From contig JAVKOQ020000055.1 of the NCBI GenBank assembly GCA_031835245.2, positions 124,001 through 188,000 on the forward strand: 64,000 nt of DNA, written 5' to 3'. Both the position numbers and the translations under genes were made by a program. This document shows positions 50,004 through 62,710 of this stretch, piece after piece. The DNA comes from Balamuthia mandrillaris (lineage: Eukaryota). Position 1 is the first letter of the stretch. Each line of letters opens with the position of its first letter. The notes below the pieces were generated by a model. It saw nothing but the letters and a program-made list of their open reading frames with translations. It was not told the DNA's origin and did no database searches.

Positions 50004-50175
50004 ATAGTCTGAAACAAATGTATTTGTACATTGGTAGTCCTCTGTTTGTTTGGTGAAGTATTGAACCAGAAAAGCTCTTGTTGTCCTTGAAGCACCAAAA
50101 GTATAAAAGAGAATTCTTCTCCCTCGCTTGGTTGTTGTTTTTGTGGTGATGTTCTCTCCTTCGCTTTGTTGTTGT

Positions 50176-51191
50176 TTACGGGAATATGTAACCCTGAAAA
50201 AAAAGGTATCGATAGTAGGGTCGGTCGTCCCATTCCAACCACAGTATCAACAACACCAGAAACAGAGTACAGCCGAATAGCGTGAACAGCGAAGCCAACA
50301 AGTACTATTTGTTAAGTTGTTGATAAGCAAAGCATCGGAAAAGAGCACAGAAAAAGAAAGGAACAACAAGAAAGCAAGAAAGAAACGACAAGAAGGAAGG
50401 AAGGAAAGAAACGACAAGAAAGAAAGAAGAAACGACAAGAAAGAAAGAAGCAAAGAAAGAAAGAAACGACAAGAAAGAAACGATAACAGAAAGAAGGGAC
50501 AAGAAAGAAACGACAAGAAACGCACGTTTTTTGAAGAAGGAAAAGGCGAAAGGGCATGCAGCCTCGCACGTTCGACCCGCTTCTCCAGCTCCCTCTTCTG
50601 CTCCTCATAGAACCGCCTCTCCTCCTCCTTGGCCATCCGCTTGGCCTGGTACTCGGCCTTCCTGCGGCTCAGCTCCTGCCGCTTGGCTCGCACGGCCACC
50701 AGCTGCTCGTTCAACGCCCTGAGGACGGGCCGCAGGGCCTTGGACTCGGCGTCCTCCTGCTCTTGCTCCGCCTCGGCGGCGCGGAGGCAGGCGATGATGT
50801 TCTCCTGCGCCGCCGTGAGCTCTTCCACCTCTCTCACCAGCTTGTATAACGAGTCGTAAGTGAGTGGAACGTTGAGCGAGGGGAGGTCTTGTTGCTGTCC
50901 TGTTTCTTCGTCGTCGTCTTCTTCGTACAAGAGGTTCGACAGATTGGAGGAAGAGGAAGAGGAGATGGCGTCGGTGCCTCCTCTGCGGTTGAGCACTTTT
51001 TTGAAGATGCGGGGCGTGTCGCCGGTGATAGGGCTTGGTTCCTTCAAGAAGGTGTTGGCGTCCTTTTTGGGCGTGGAAGGGCCGGCACCATCCTCAGCAG
51101 CAGCCCCGGCGACGGCGACGGTCCCAGCAACTCCCTCCTCCTCCTCCGCCGCAGGTGGTGGTGGTGGTGAGGGCCACTTTGGCGCTTTCAT
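50176..51191 (-). CDS. Coiled-coil protein with C-terminal transmembrane anchor, 2 exons
   Basis: MKAPKWPSPPPPP start and heptad-rich region; spliced last exon YLLASLFTLFGCTLFLVLLILWLEWDDRPYYRYLFFQGYIFP*. Confidence 0.7.
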
Positions 51192-51540
51192 TTTTTTCTT
51201 TCTCTCTTTCTTTTTTTTTGCATTCCTCGCATTACTTGATGGAATGTGTCGACAAAAATACACCAGATCACTAAAGATCATCGTCGACAAAAAACCAAAC
51301 ACCAGGGCAAGACACAAGAGCACGGAGCATAGAGGAAGAGTATCACGGGAACAGAACATCAACAGCATGAAGACGTGAAGTAAACAGTAAAACCCTCTTA
51401 TCTTTTGTGCATGCATGCCCGCAAAGACAATGGTTTTAAACAATGCTTTCACCTATTCATCTCATTTTTGTTTGTGTTTATGAGGAGAAGAATGTGAGGA
51501 CAACATCTAGCAACAATATACCTATTCACGGCCGTTCTGC

Positions 51541-53042
51541 TCAACTTCTTCTTCTTGACCATTCGTAAAGAATGAGCGCACGAAGGAGTTTATACTGAGT
51601 AACAAAACAAACCTAAAATTTTAGTGTATAAACCAAAAAAAACGAAAACAAAGCATAACAATGTACAGTACCTTGGACTCGAAGTAAGGCTTCATCAACT
51701 CTACATTCGAAAGTGTTGGGCAAGTATTCCTCAAATGTGTAAAAACCACATCTGCCGCCTCTTCACTTGTCATCTCTGCCGGAATCGCGTTCTCTCCTTC
51801 CAAAGACTGCATCCAACGAGGGTGACCCAAAGCCAACAACTCCGCCTCCACTCTTAGATTCAACAGCCCATTTGCTTGCTCTAGCATGTGCCACAAGGCT
51901 TGATAATGAGGCAGATAACCGGTGAAGATAGCGCCTTGTTGTTCCTCGCTCTCTTCTTCACCATCCCTGCCAGATTGCTCTGCGCCGATAGTAGGAAGTG
52001 TTTGAATGGAGAGATAGCGTAAGTGAGGAAGAGAAGAAAGTATTTCGAGGTGAAAGACTTCATCCTCTCCTTCTTCGTTTTCTTCTTTTGGCAGTTCGTC
52101 ATTGTTGGTCGTAGATGATAGCATGAACTCCCGGAGGAGTTGTTGATAGGCGAGGTTCTGTTTTTGTTTATCTCTCATATCTTCTGCTTCTGGCAGTACA
52201 GCAGGCAAGAAAACCATTTGAACAAGATTTGGAAGATTCAAGGTCACGTTGTTTAACCTGTGTTGCCTGCGCTTTAATATAAAAAGCACGACAAGTCTTG
52301 CAAAAAATAAAAGCAAGAAAACCAACCTCGGAGCGATATCCACGGTAAGACTTTGTAACTTGGGACAATCCAAACGAAGCACTTTCAGAAATTCCATGTC
52401 ATGCAGTTTGAATGTGCGAAGGTTAGGACAAGACAAGTCCAACTCTACCACGTGCCACGTTCGCTTCAAGCTTAGGCGTTGTACCGAAACTGGACAGCTC
52501 TATTATTTCAACAAGCAACATATGAGCATAAAATATCAAAAAAAATCAGCTTAGGGACCTGAATGACGATGGCTTCTTCTGGCGTTAGCATTCTGTTGTG
52601 GGGTTCAATAGTGTGGCGACTTTCGTGTTGGCACCTAAGATCCACCAATGAAGGCACGTTGTTCGTTGAGCTATCTGATAGAGTGGCTAACGCACGTTCT
52701 GAATTCAGCGAGCAGTTGTCCATTTCGATCTGGCATAAGTTGGGGCAATCAAGCTCAAACTCTGCCAGCTGAATTGAATGTTAATCAACTGATGAGGAGA
52801 AGAAACAAGAGAAGAAAAAAGAGCTAGAAGGACGAGAAGGAGACATACCTTATGCCAACGGATCAAGCGGATAGAACGTAGGGAGTGATGATGAAGGCGA
52901 AAGCTGGTCATCGCATGATTATTGTAGGCGACGAAATCAACAAGCTTCGGTGTGGCTGTTCCTAACGCCTCTAACCATGTCGTTGTAACTATTCTCATGA
53001 AGTTTGAGCTACATGGATTGCGCACGAAGGAAAGGGAGGGAG

Positions 53043-53091
<49 letters not shown>

Positions 53092-55853
53092 CATGGAATT
53101 GAAGGTACACGGGCAGAGAGTAAATATGAAAGACCAGAAGCAGTACCATTATCACTGGTCATGATGCTTAACGAAATCAAATTCCTGAAAGGGTTCAATG
53201 CTATTGGCGCGAAGCCTTGGTCAACCTCAATTGTTATTTTAATGGATTCAAGGCACTGACACAGATGAGGATACGGGACCACGTTCTTGATATCCAGTAA
53301 GTCGTGTGAAGGTAAACAGAAGTGGGGTCTCTTTTGCAAAAACGCGTCTAAATATTTAGACACACACTATAGTGGAACAAGTGTAATGTTAGGCAAATAG
53401 CTATTTTAAAACTAACAAAGAAAATTTCAGCTTGCTTTTGTACCTCTTCATCGGAGAAGTAATTCCTTATCGAGAGAGGCTGTTGGGTCACTCTATGGAC
53501 GGTGAGTGATCGCAGCAGAGGGAATAGCCACCCCTTAGATAGCTCTGCTAACATTTCTGGCAACAACTTAAACATGATATGACGTTAAAAAGTGTCGAGA
53601 GAGTGAGGGAGACAGGAAAAGATAAATTAGCAGAAGCAATAACGCACAGTATTGATGCAAAGCATTTGTAAAGTGGATCCATGGAAAAGCAGAGTCTTCC
53701 ACAAGTCCAACTGTGACGGTTCACACATAATAGTAAGAAGAACAGCAAGAAAAAAAGGAACAGGATAAATAAGGAAAGCCAGACCTGAGCAGGGTCCATT
53801 CCAACAGCAGCGCACGAGAACAAACGCAACTGTGGACAATCGATGTCGAAGGCAACCTTTTGAGCATCTGTGATATATAGCTTCTCCAAGCTCTTTGAAT
53901 GAATGATAACGGAGGTGTCATCCGCCAAAGAGAGGTGCAAAGTGCGAAGGTTGGGGCAAGATGGTCCAATTTGCTTTATGACTTGTTCGTTTAGGCAAAT
54001 GTGTATACCTAAGGTGGGAGACAAAGAGATAGAGAAAGAAGCGTTTAGTAAGGTTGGACGCAAAGTATAGCAGAAGGAACAAGAAAGCCAATATAAAGAA
54101 TAACGAAGAGTTATACTAACGACCATGCTTAATCTTTAATACTTGCAGATCAACGTTGTTGCGGAGAATAGATACAAAGCTCTCCCTTTGAGTGGGGATG
54201 TCGTTCATGCTTTCAGGAGTGAAGGAACAGTAAACCATGGTGAAGTTGACCAGGTTCGTGCAACGACGAGCAATCATGGGCAGCACGTGAGGTTGTAGAT
54301 CCACATAATAAATAGAGAGCTTTGTGAGGTTGCATAAACTAGGCTCCAACGGATCGAAAAAGTCTTCAGCTCTATTGAACACCAACAACAGGCATCAAAA
54401 CAAAACCAAGTTAAATGTGAAGAGGAATTGCACCAGAGTAATGACTTACAGCGAAGGTCCATAACAACGGCTAGCGTCCCATTTGTATTCTCGAAGACAA
54501 GGACAATGCCTTAAGGCAAAGATTACATTCCTATAATCATTACTTTCGTCTGGAACGAGAGTCATCGCTTCTAATCTCGAAAGTTGAGTTGCACACCTCT
54601 CCAAACCTTTTGTGTTAAGACATCCGAAGTTCAACAAAAGCAAGGAGGGAGGAGAGAGAGAGAGAGAGAAACAGAAACCTTCACAAGTGACAAAAGAATG
54701 GCCAAGGTTGTCGATAGTGATTCGTTCGAGGGAGGGACAATGGGAAGCTAAAGCTTCCAGGTGGTAGTCAGACAATAACTCATTTGACAAGTCCACAATC
54801 CTCAACTTGTTGCAATTCTAGAGAATGAAGAACGAATAAGCACGACCGGTTGAGAGACGGAAGAAAACAAGACAGATGACAGAGAGCGAGCAGATGTACA
54901 GCAAACACATGAGCCAGTCCTTCAGGATGACTTTTTGGCATTTCGGTCCTGTTCATAAGTAATACTTCTAATTCGTGAAGCTCAGCCAGATCTTGAGAGA
55001 AGAGAAGTGCATGAGAAAGAGAGAGAGAGGGAGAGAGAAGTTAGTTATTGAACGAAAGAGATAGAGAAGAGAAGTGCGTGAGAGAGAGAGAGAGAGAGAG
55101 GTGGAGAATCTACCATCAATAATACATTGTGTGAACTCCACAGCGCAAATGTCCAAGTGCTGCAACAGAGTACAATGCTCCGCCACCACTGCAATAGCGA
55201 TACCACAAAGACAAAAGACACAAACACAGAGAGCGAATCAAAATGTGTGCAACAAGAAGGCAAGAAGGCAAGAACGAAGGTAAACTACGAACGGTGGATG
55301 GTGGCAGAGTCGATGGGAACGGACGCCAAAGACAACGATGTAAGCTTTGAACAATGCGCAAGCGAACGCACACCGTTATCCGTTATGTAGGTGCAGTCTT
55401 TTTATGAGAGCAAAGAGAGAGGAGAGAAAGCAAAGGTGAATAAAGAACGCCAATGAATAAGAGAACACGAGATACAAGCGAGCGGCGAAACAGAAGCACA
55501 AGCGAAGCAGAGAAGAGACAGAGACTAGAGAAGAGAGGAGGAGAGAGAAGAGGAACAAAGACAGGAGAATAGAGAGTAAGAGCTGAGAGAGAGAGAGAGA
55601 GAGAAGAGGAAGAAAAATACGTACGGGAAAGGTCGAGAGAGCATAGCTGAGTGGAGAGAGACCGCAAAATGGTGTCCACTTGCTCATCCAACAGCTGACG
55701 GCAATCAGAAAGGTCCAAATGGATCGTCCTCGTCCATGGCGGTGGTAACGCTTCCATCTCCGGAAGCTTGTGAATTTTTGTCGACTCTCTTTTTGCCTCT
55801 CCGCTTCTTCTCTTTCTGCTTCCGTCTCGTTCTATCTTTCTTTGTATTCTCAT
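51541..55853 (-). CDS. Leucine-rich repeat protein (cysteine-containing/FBXL-type LRRs), multi-exon
   Basis: Repeats LDLSDCRQL, LDLSHCTYITDNGV, HCPSLERI, CPNLRTL and CPKLQSL, joined by GT-AG introns. Confidence 0.82.
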
Positions 55854-55985
55854 TCCAAGGACGAAACGCCTCCCTCCGCATTTCCAACCGGCTGTGCATC
55901 CTCACCGTGGGCAGCAACCCACTGAACCCAACAACATTCCACCAGGGTTCAGCTCCTCGCCACTTACCGCCAGCTAAGTAAAGCT

Positions 55986-57283
55986 TTATTTTAAATAACT
56001 TGGAAAAAGTAAGCAATGCAGGATAGAGGCAAAGCGCACTGCACAAGAGTAATCATTGCTCTCGGATGAGGAAGAGGACGAGGAGGAGGAGAAGGAGGAG
56101 GAAATTGAGGAGGAGCTCTCATCTTCTGGAACTACTCCGATGTTCGCGAGCAGCTGTACCCCGGCATAAACGAAGGAGGAAAAGTCGGGGGACCTATTGC
56201 CATCCACGTCCACCCACACCATACGGGCACCAGGTGGGTTAAGAGGAAGCGGAGGAGGACTGCCAAGCTCCTTATCCGTCACATCTGCTCTCCACCAAAC
56301 GCAAAGGGAGGTGCAGAAGTTAGCCAAATACAGAGTATAAAGCAAATGTGAAAAAAACAACAAACCTTCAAAGACAGACCCAGTGTTTCTCAACAATGCT
56401 CCAGAGGAATTGGACCCTGAGGCGTGCCCACCAGAGATGGCCAAGTCGAGAAAGGCATCACCATCATAATCCACAAAACGCACCGCACAAGCCCGAACTT
56501 GTGGCAACACTCCGCCCGGAAACAACTCTGAGGTGCCATCCATCCCGTTGCTGCGATACACCCCAGAGATAGCGGGCCTCACCCACACCAAGTCATCCTT
56601 CCCATCCCCATCGAAATCTCCTGCTCGCACTGCTCCTTCAATAGGGGCGACACCAAACGTGGCAGATACATCGACCTCGGTGAATGTGGAGAGCTCGTTT
56701 CCATTGTTGAGGCACACTGTCTTGGTTCCACCAGCAACAGCGACGAAGAGATCCACTCGGTTGTCTCCATCAAAGTCTCCCCATTCCATCATGCATCCGT
56801 TGTTGTGGCATGGAGTCAAAGCAGGAAGTGCTTCATTAGTCACCTCGGTGAAGTTATTCCCTTGGTTGTTTCTCAACAATGCGACAAAGGGGTTCAGCAT
56901 GGCAAAAAAAGCCCCAGACGAGGAGGTCAGGAAAGCCATCGTGGTTGAAGTCAGCCCACTGGCCATGTCCATTGTAGAAGCTCGGGAGGGGGCTGCCAGC
57001 AAACGCTGTGGCGGTTATATCCGAGAAACTCCAGTTTCCGTTGTTGTGGTACAACCACGCACCGCCACCAAAGAGCAACAAATCGAGGCGGCCGTCTTGG
57101 TCCACGTCCGCCCAGGACAACCCTGGACCACTCCCACCGGTAGGAAACCCGTCGGGAAAGGCGTGTGAAAGGTTTACAGGAAGGAAGCTTTGGGAGGAAT
57201 AGGCTGGCAGCACCACGAGCCACCACGCCAAATAACAGCACCACGAGCCACCACGCCAAATAACAGCACCACCTCGCCCACAT
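55986..57283 (-). pseudogene. FG-GAP/VCBS beta-propeller surface protein disrupted by two frameshifts
   Basis: Repeats WADVDQDGRLDL, WADFNHDGFPDL, WGDFDGDNRVDL, GDFDGDGKDDL and VDYDGDAFLDL spread over two frames, with the ATG in a third; 28-nt duplication at 57208-57263 and A7 at 56904-56910. Confidence 0.75.
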
Positions 57284-57513
57284 GACTGCCCCGTCTTTCG
57301 GTTTGTTTCGCGGTGGTCAAACGGACTTGGGCGAGAGGCTTTGTTCTCTTCTTATGCAAAACAAGCGTTATTTATCGGATCTGGGTTGCGATAAGCAGCA
57401 AAATAAACGGAGGAACCTGGCTGTGAGTGGGACAATTAATTAATGCAATGTATCTTAACCGTCGTCCACCTGCGAGAAGGCGCCGCCTGGTGGGCCGGTA
57501 AAAGTAGATGTTT

Positions 57514-58657
57514 TTACTGTTGGTGTTCCTTCGTGCTCACATACAGAGGATAATACCCCTCCATTTGCTGAGGTTGGTGGTGATGATGCTGCACACATGG
57601 AACGTCCTTCTTGCTTGAAAGGAAGGCCCACATGGCCAATCCGCCCAACATGTGCCACAGCCCGTGGTAGATCCTCAAAAAGTCGTTCCTCTCATCCAAC
57701 CCCAAAACGAAGAACACAAAGGCGATCGACATCAACAAACAACCAGCAAGCAACCTATCTTTGTGAAAGGAGGGAATGGAGCGAAACCTTTCCTGCAGGA
57801 GGCGGAGCATCACGCACACTATGGAGGTGGCTATGGGAAGGAGGGTAAAAGTCACGTCCCATGGTCCTCTTTCTTGACACCATAGCGTCCAGCAAAGTAA
57901 AACCCACCTGTTTTTGTTTCGTTCTTGTTAGGTAGGTATTATCTCGTATTGAAAGCATGAGCATAACAAACCGAAACAACTCCTTGCTTTTACGGTCTTC
58001 CCAACCCGATAGAAAGAATGCCAAGCTGTTCAAACACAATATACAAAAGATGTTGTCGAGGCGGTGCCAATTGCCTGATGTCATGCCTAACCTTTTTTGC
58101 AGAGACTAAATGAGAAAGAGAGAAAGAGAAAGAAGAGAGAGAAAAAGTGAAAGAGAAACGAAGAAAGAGAAACGATGAAAGAGAAAGGGAAACGATGAAA
58201 GAGTAAGAGCAAGGAAACGAAAAAAGAAAAGGAAAAATACATAAGAAAAAACATACCAGTCTTTATAACGCGGGTAAAGCCGATGATGGATGTCTGCAAC
58301 ATGATAAAATCTGTTTCCAAAAAAAATAAATAAAGAGAGAATGAGTACTTAGAAGAAGAGAGTAAAAAAAAATAAAATACACAGTTACACTGAAGTAAGA
58401 AATGCAGCTGCGCCAAGGACAGCCTCGTAGTACCATTCTCGTCTCCAACAGAGCACAACGCCCGGCCACGTCGATATGTTTGTCACCACTTCATACCAAA
58501 CCAAACACAGAGAAAAAGAATAGAAAGAGATATTTGTCAGCGGATCGATCCCAAAGCAAACGAAAGCTTACTTTGATCTAAGAGAGACAAAAGATGATTA
58601 TTGATAAAGCTGACCTGTTATGACAACCTCTAAGGCGACAAAGTCACGTGAAGCCAT
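57514..58657 (-). CDS. CREST superfamily membrane protein (DUF3522/TMEM8/PGAP6-like), multi-exon
   Basis: Spliced VVTNISTWPGVVLCWRREWYYEA..TSVFYH, WHRLDNI and YHGLWH, i.e. the SxxxH, D and HxxxH metal motifs. Confidence 0.78.
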
Positions 58658-58997
58658 CCCTGAAAAGCCCAGCAAAAAACACACACACCTTTGTTGTTCT
58701 TTCTTCTTTTTCTTCTTTTCTGTTGTGTCACTCTCTTGCCCTCTCTCGTGTCCTATCTCTCATCCTTTCGAATTTCGTATTTTCCACTCTCACGTCTATG
58801 CTCAAGTCCTCTCTCCCGTCTATCCAACTTTCACCCTATTTTCCACCAATTTGCTCCATTTCCCTCCACCAATTTTCCACCGATTTTACCATTTAAAAAA
58901 TTTCATCACAACTTTTGTTTTCTTTTCAGTTTGAAACAGAAAAAATAAAAACGCGAAACAAAAAAGCAATTAAAAACACACTCCAAAAAATAAAAAG

Positions 58998-59420
58998 ATG
59001 ATGCTGCAAAGGTTGACAAAGAATCCAAGGAGCGCCCCTCTCACCGCCACTCTTCTTCCCGCCGTTCGTCCTCATCGTTCCTTCCACCCCTCCTCTTCCT
59101 CACGCCAATTCAAGGACGCTTGGGAAAAAGAAGGGGACAAGAAGCCTGAGAAGAAGCACAAACCAGACACCCTCAGCGAGAAAGAGGAACTCGGCCAACC
59201 CATCACAGACAAGGACAGGAGCATGGAGCACCCCATGTTCAAGAACCCCAACAAGAAGATGGTGGGCAAGAAGGGGGATGACTTTGCCGAGGAGAACATC
59301 TCGCGCACCGACGCTCGCCTGATCCGTGAGAGGGAGGGCACCCAAACGGAAAAGGACAGGCCTTCCCCTGAGAAGGATTGGTTAAAAGACTTTGAGGAGC
59401 AGAAAAACAAGCTGGAGTGA
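58998..59420 (+). CDS. Small hydrophilic protein with predicted mitochondrial presequence, intronless
   Basis: Arg-rich, acid-free N-terminal ~37 aa (..HRSFH..SRQF) followed by a charged domain; A-rich start context. Confidence 0.7.
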   Translation: MMLQRLTKNPRSAPLTATLLPAVRPHRSFHPSSSSRQFKDAWEKEGDKKPEKKHKPDTLSEKEELGQPITDKDRSMEHPMFKNPNKKMVGKKGDDFAEENISRTDARLIREREGTQTEKDRPSPEKDWLKDFEEQKNKLE

Positions 59421-59518
59421 AAAATAATAAAGTAAAACAAACAAAAAAAAAGATGTAAAAGAAAAAAGAAACGAACCTTTCATTTTTTGTTGTTGTGTTG
59501 CTGTTTTGTGTCCATTCC

Positions 59519-62500
59519 TCAAATATAAACGGTGTATTCGCCTCTCTTAAGCAGCCTCGCTTGAGTCATGTTCACGATCTTGCCCATCGTGGAACGCTTC
59601 AGCGCGCCAACCACCCCACCATCCGTCACTTGAAATTTTGCTTTCGTGTTGGCGGCAGTTGGAAAAGGCGAGGAAGAGGAAGCGGCGGAAGGAGAGGAAG
59701 AGGAGGAGGGAGAGAGGAAGTAGTTTGTAAAAGAAGAGGAAGAGGAGAGATGATGATCGGAGGGCCTAAGCACAACCTGTCGGCCGTTATAGTAGAAGAC
59801 CACGAACGGGACGCCGCGATTGTTCCACTCCTCAAAGAACTCCACTTCAATGTCGATATCTACAGTGAAGCAGCAAAGTTGCATTCGGCTTGACAAATGG
59901 ATGGATGACGTCGATCCTTCTTCTTCTTGTTCTTGGCCGGGTTCTGTTTTTGTTGATGAGGAAACTTTGTTGTTGTTCGGTTGTTGTGGTCGTTGGCTGG
60001 CGTCCTTTTGAAGCTCTCTCTCAAGTGCTGATTTGAGAGCTTCGCTCTCCACTATTTCTGCAAATAAATGTTCCATCCACCTATTTTAACAGAAAAAGTC
60101 AGAGGAAGAGAGAGAGAGAAAGAGAAGAAGGATAATGGAGAGGCCAGAACAAGACCTGCAAGGAGGACTCCAACGAGCCATGAACAGAATGCAGAGCAAC
60201 CGGTTTTGAACGGCGCTGCCTGACATTCGACTATAGTTTGCCTGTCCCAAACTTATTGGCACATATGGATTCTTGTGTTTCTTTAATAGAGAATGTTACC
60301 GTCGTGTAATAAGGTTGAGACTGAGGGAGAGAGAGAGAAGGAGAGAGGGAGGAGAGAGAGGGAGAAGGAAGAGAGAGGATAAACTGACCTGGGCATACTG
60401 AAAGTCCTTCAAAACGTCATCGCAATACACCAAAAAGTGTCTCCCCGTTCCATACTTATCCACCGTCATTCTCATCGCGATAAATCCACAACAATACCAC
60501 CCTTGATGAAGGTGCACGTCATATCTCCTCAGCTCATGCAAGTTGTGAATCCTCTTTACCACAAAACAATCCGCCTCAAAGTCTTCCAACTGCCAAATGG
60601 ACTTAATGTCCACCACAGCCTCTCCCTCGAAGAGGAGCCTGCCGCATCGCCGACAGACATACTTAGCGTCGGGAAGTACTCGCTTGGCTTCTTTTCTCTC
60701 TCGGTTACGTCTCTGCTCGTGGCGTCGGAGCTTTCGCTCCTCTTTAAGTTTGTGGGATTGCAGGGAAAGTCGCCAGCTCATCACGTTCCTATGTTTTGTG
60801 GCGGGAGAGGAGTTTTGGTCATCTAACATGGATGCTCTGCGTGCTAAACGGATCTTCCACTTGGATGGAGGTAGCTGGTCTTCTTCCATTTCTTCGGTTT
60901 CTTTTCCTTTGGTGTTGTTCTGTTGTATGCCTCTTGGTGTCGTCTTTGTTAGTTCTTCCTCCTTTTCCTCTTCATCACTTGTTGTGAGGCTATCGCTGCT
61001 ATCCTCATCTTCGTCTTCAGAAGGGCTCTCTTCTTCAAAACTTTTCTTGCTTCCTACCCAAGTTCGAACTCTCTGTTCGTTTTGGGCTGTGGTTTTTTTC
61101 AAACTGAACATTGTTCCGTCATCTTCTTCACTTTCTGCCTTCATTGAAACTCTTTCATAGGAAAAAGTACGCCTGTGTACTCGTTCCAAAACAGGATCCA
61201 CAAACGTTCTTTGCGGCGAAGCTCGCTCGTCTGTCTTTCTTTCCTCCTCTCTTTCTTTCTCCTTATGTTGTTCATCTTCCAGTTCTGAATTACTGCCTGT
61301 TTTGTTGAGTTTTGTTTTTTGAAAGCCCCGGATGGCGGCCAACATTTCCTCCCTCGTGGCCAAAGAAATAGCACTAATCATGTCCACTCCGGGAAGAACG
61401 GGTGGAGGTGGAGGAAGTACAGTCGTTTGTGAGCCTTTCTTTCTTCTGGTAGGTTTTGAAGGAGAAGAACGAGGAGGAGCAGCATTTTGAAGTTGGTTCA
61501 ATCTTGTCTTTTTGAAGCCTCGGATGGCAGCCAGCAGTTCGTTTCGTTGTGTGGTTAGGTTTTGTTGTTCTTTCTTTGCTTTCTTTCGTGCGGAGCGAGT
61601 CACAATGAGCGTTCCTGTGATGTGCGATGAGCATTCCACCATTGTAAAGAAGGGTAATCGAATTCAGGGAGGAAAAGAGAGCGTATACGGAGGAAACCAA
61701 GAAACAATATAGAAGAGAGAGGATTAAAGATTGAGAAAGAAAAGGAGAAAAGCAAAAACGATAACAAAGAAATAAACAAAGAAACGATGGACAGGACGAA
61801 CGGAGGAACAAAAGAAACGTACCTGTGTTCTTGTAGCCATGAGTGGGTTTGGGAAAAGGATAATGCTTGGGCATTGGTTGGGAGGACTCTTGCTGGTGTT
61901 GTTGTGGTTCTTGCTGTTGGTGTTTTTGCTGTTGCTTCGTGAGCTGAGGAATAATGGCGGCATAATGACCAAAGTTGAAAGACAATTGCGAGCGCAGAGG
62001 AAAGGCTTTCTCCTTGGAGCTCGCCTCCCAAGGATAACGCGGTGGCGGCGGTGGCACGCTCTTTCTCTTTTCTTTGCTTTCTCCTTTTTCTTCTGCTTCC
62101 TCTTCCTGTGTTTGTTCTTCTGTTTCGGCTTCTTCGTCCGTTTCTTTCTCCTTGTCTTTCGGTTCTTTGATGACTTCTTCTGGCGTTGAGGTTTCTCCTC
62201 CTCCTCCTCCTCCTCCTTCTTCACCTCCTCCTACTTCTTCTTCTCCTTCCTCCTGTTGTCGAACATGTTGCAACGCTCTGGAAGGAGAGAGCTTGTCCAT
62301 CGCCGAACCTTCGCTGCTCAACCGTGCATAGAGTTTTGCTCTCTATTTGTTATTGTTTTTTTTTTTGGGTTATTTTTTGGATTTTTTTTTACAAAAAAAA
62401 AGAAAGAAAAAAATACCTCTATGCGGCGAAGAGCAGCACCTCTGGGCTCTAACTGCAGAGGAGGATTCTTCTTTGGAGGAAGAATGACAGAGGCGTCATC

Positions 62501-62710
62501 CAGCGAAGCGGACGGCGTCCCGCCCTCGCTCCCTTTTGTGGTAGCGGTAGTCGGCTCCACGACGACGACTCGCGTCCGTATGGCTGGGGCTGAGGCCGTG
62601 AACACTTGCGCGCCGCTCTCCCCCGATGCGTCTTGTTTGTTGCGTTGTTGCTCCTCCGTCGTCGTCGTCGTCTTCTTCTCATTGTTGTTGTCGTTTCTTT
62701 CTTCTTCCAT
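59519..62710 (-). CDS. WH2 x2 + Yippee-like Zn-binding domain + thioredoxin-like (SPPC) protein, 5 exons
   Basis: RNELLAAIRGFKKTRL, REEMLAAIRGFQKTKLNKT, YVCRRCGRLLF..WYCC, and spliced ILFMARWSPPCRWMEHLF..FTVDID..RGVPFVVFYYNGRQV. Confidence 0.78.

Noticed and set aside
58572..58577. Possible 6-nt microexon ATCAAA flanked by TAG and GTAAGC in the CREST gene
   Set aside because: Needs a 37-nt upstream intron and is not required for the frame; cannot be supported without RNA data.
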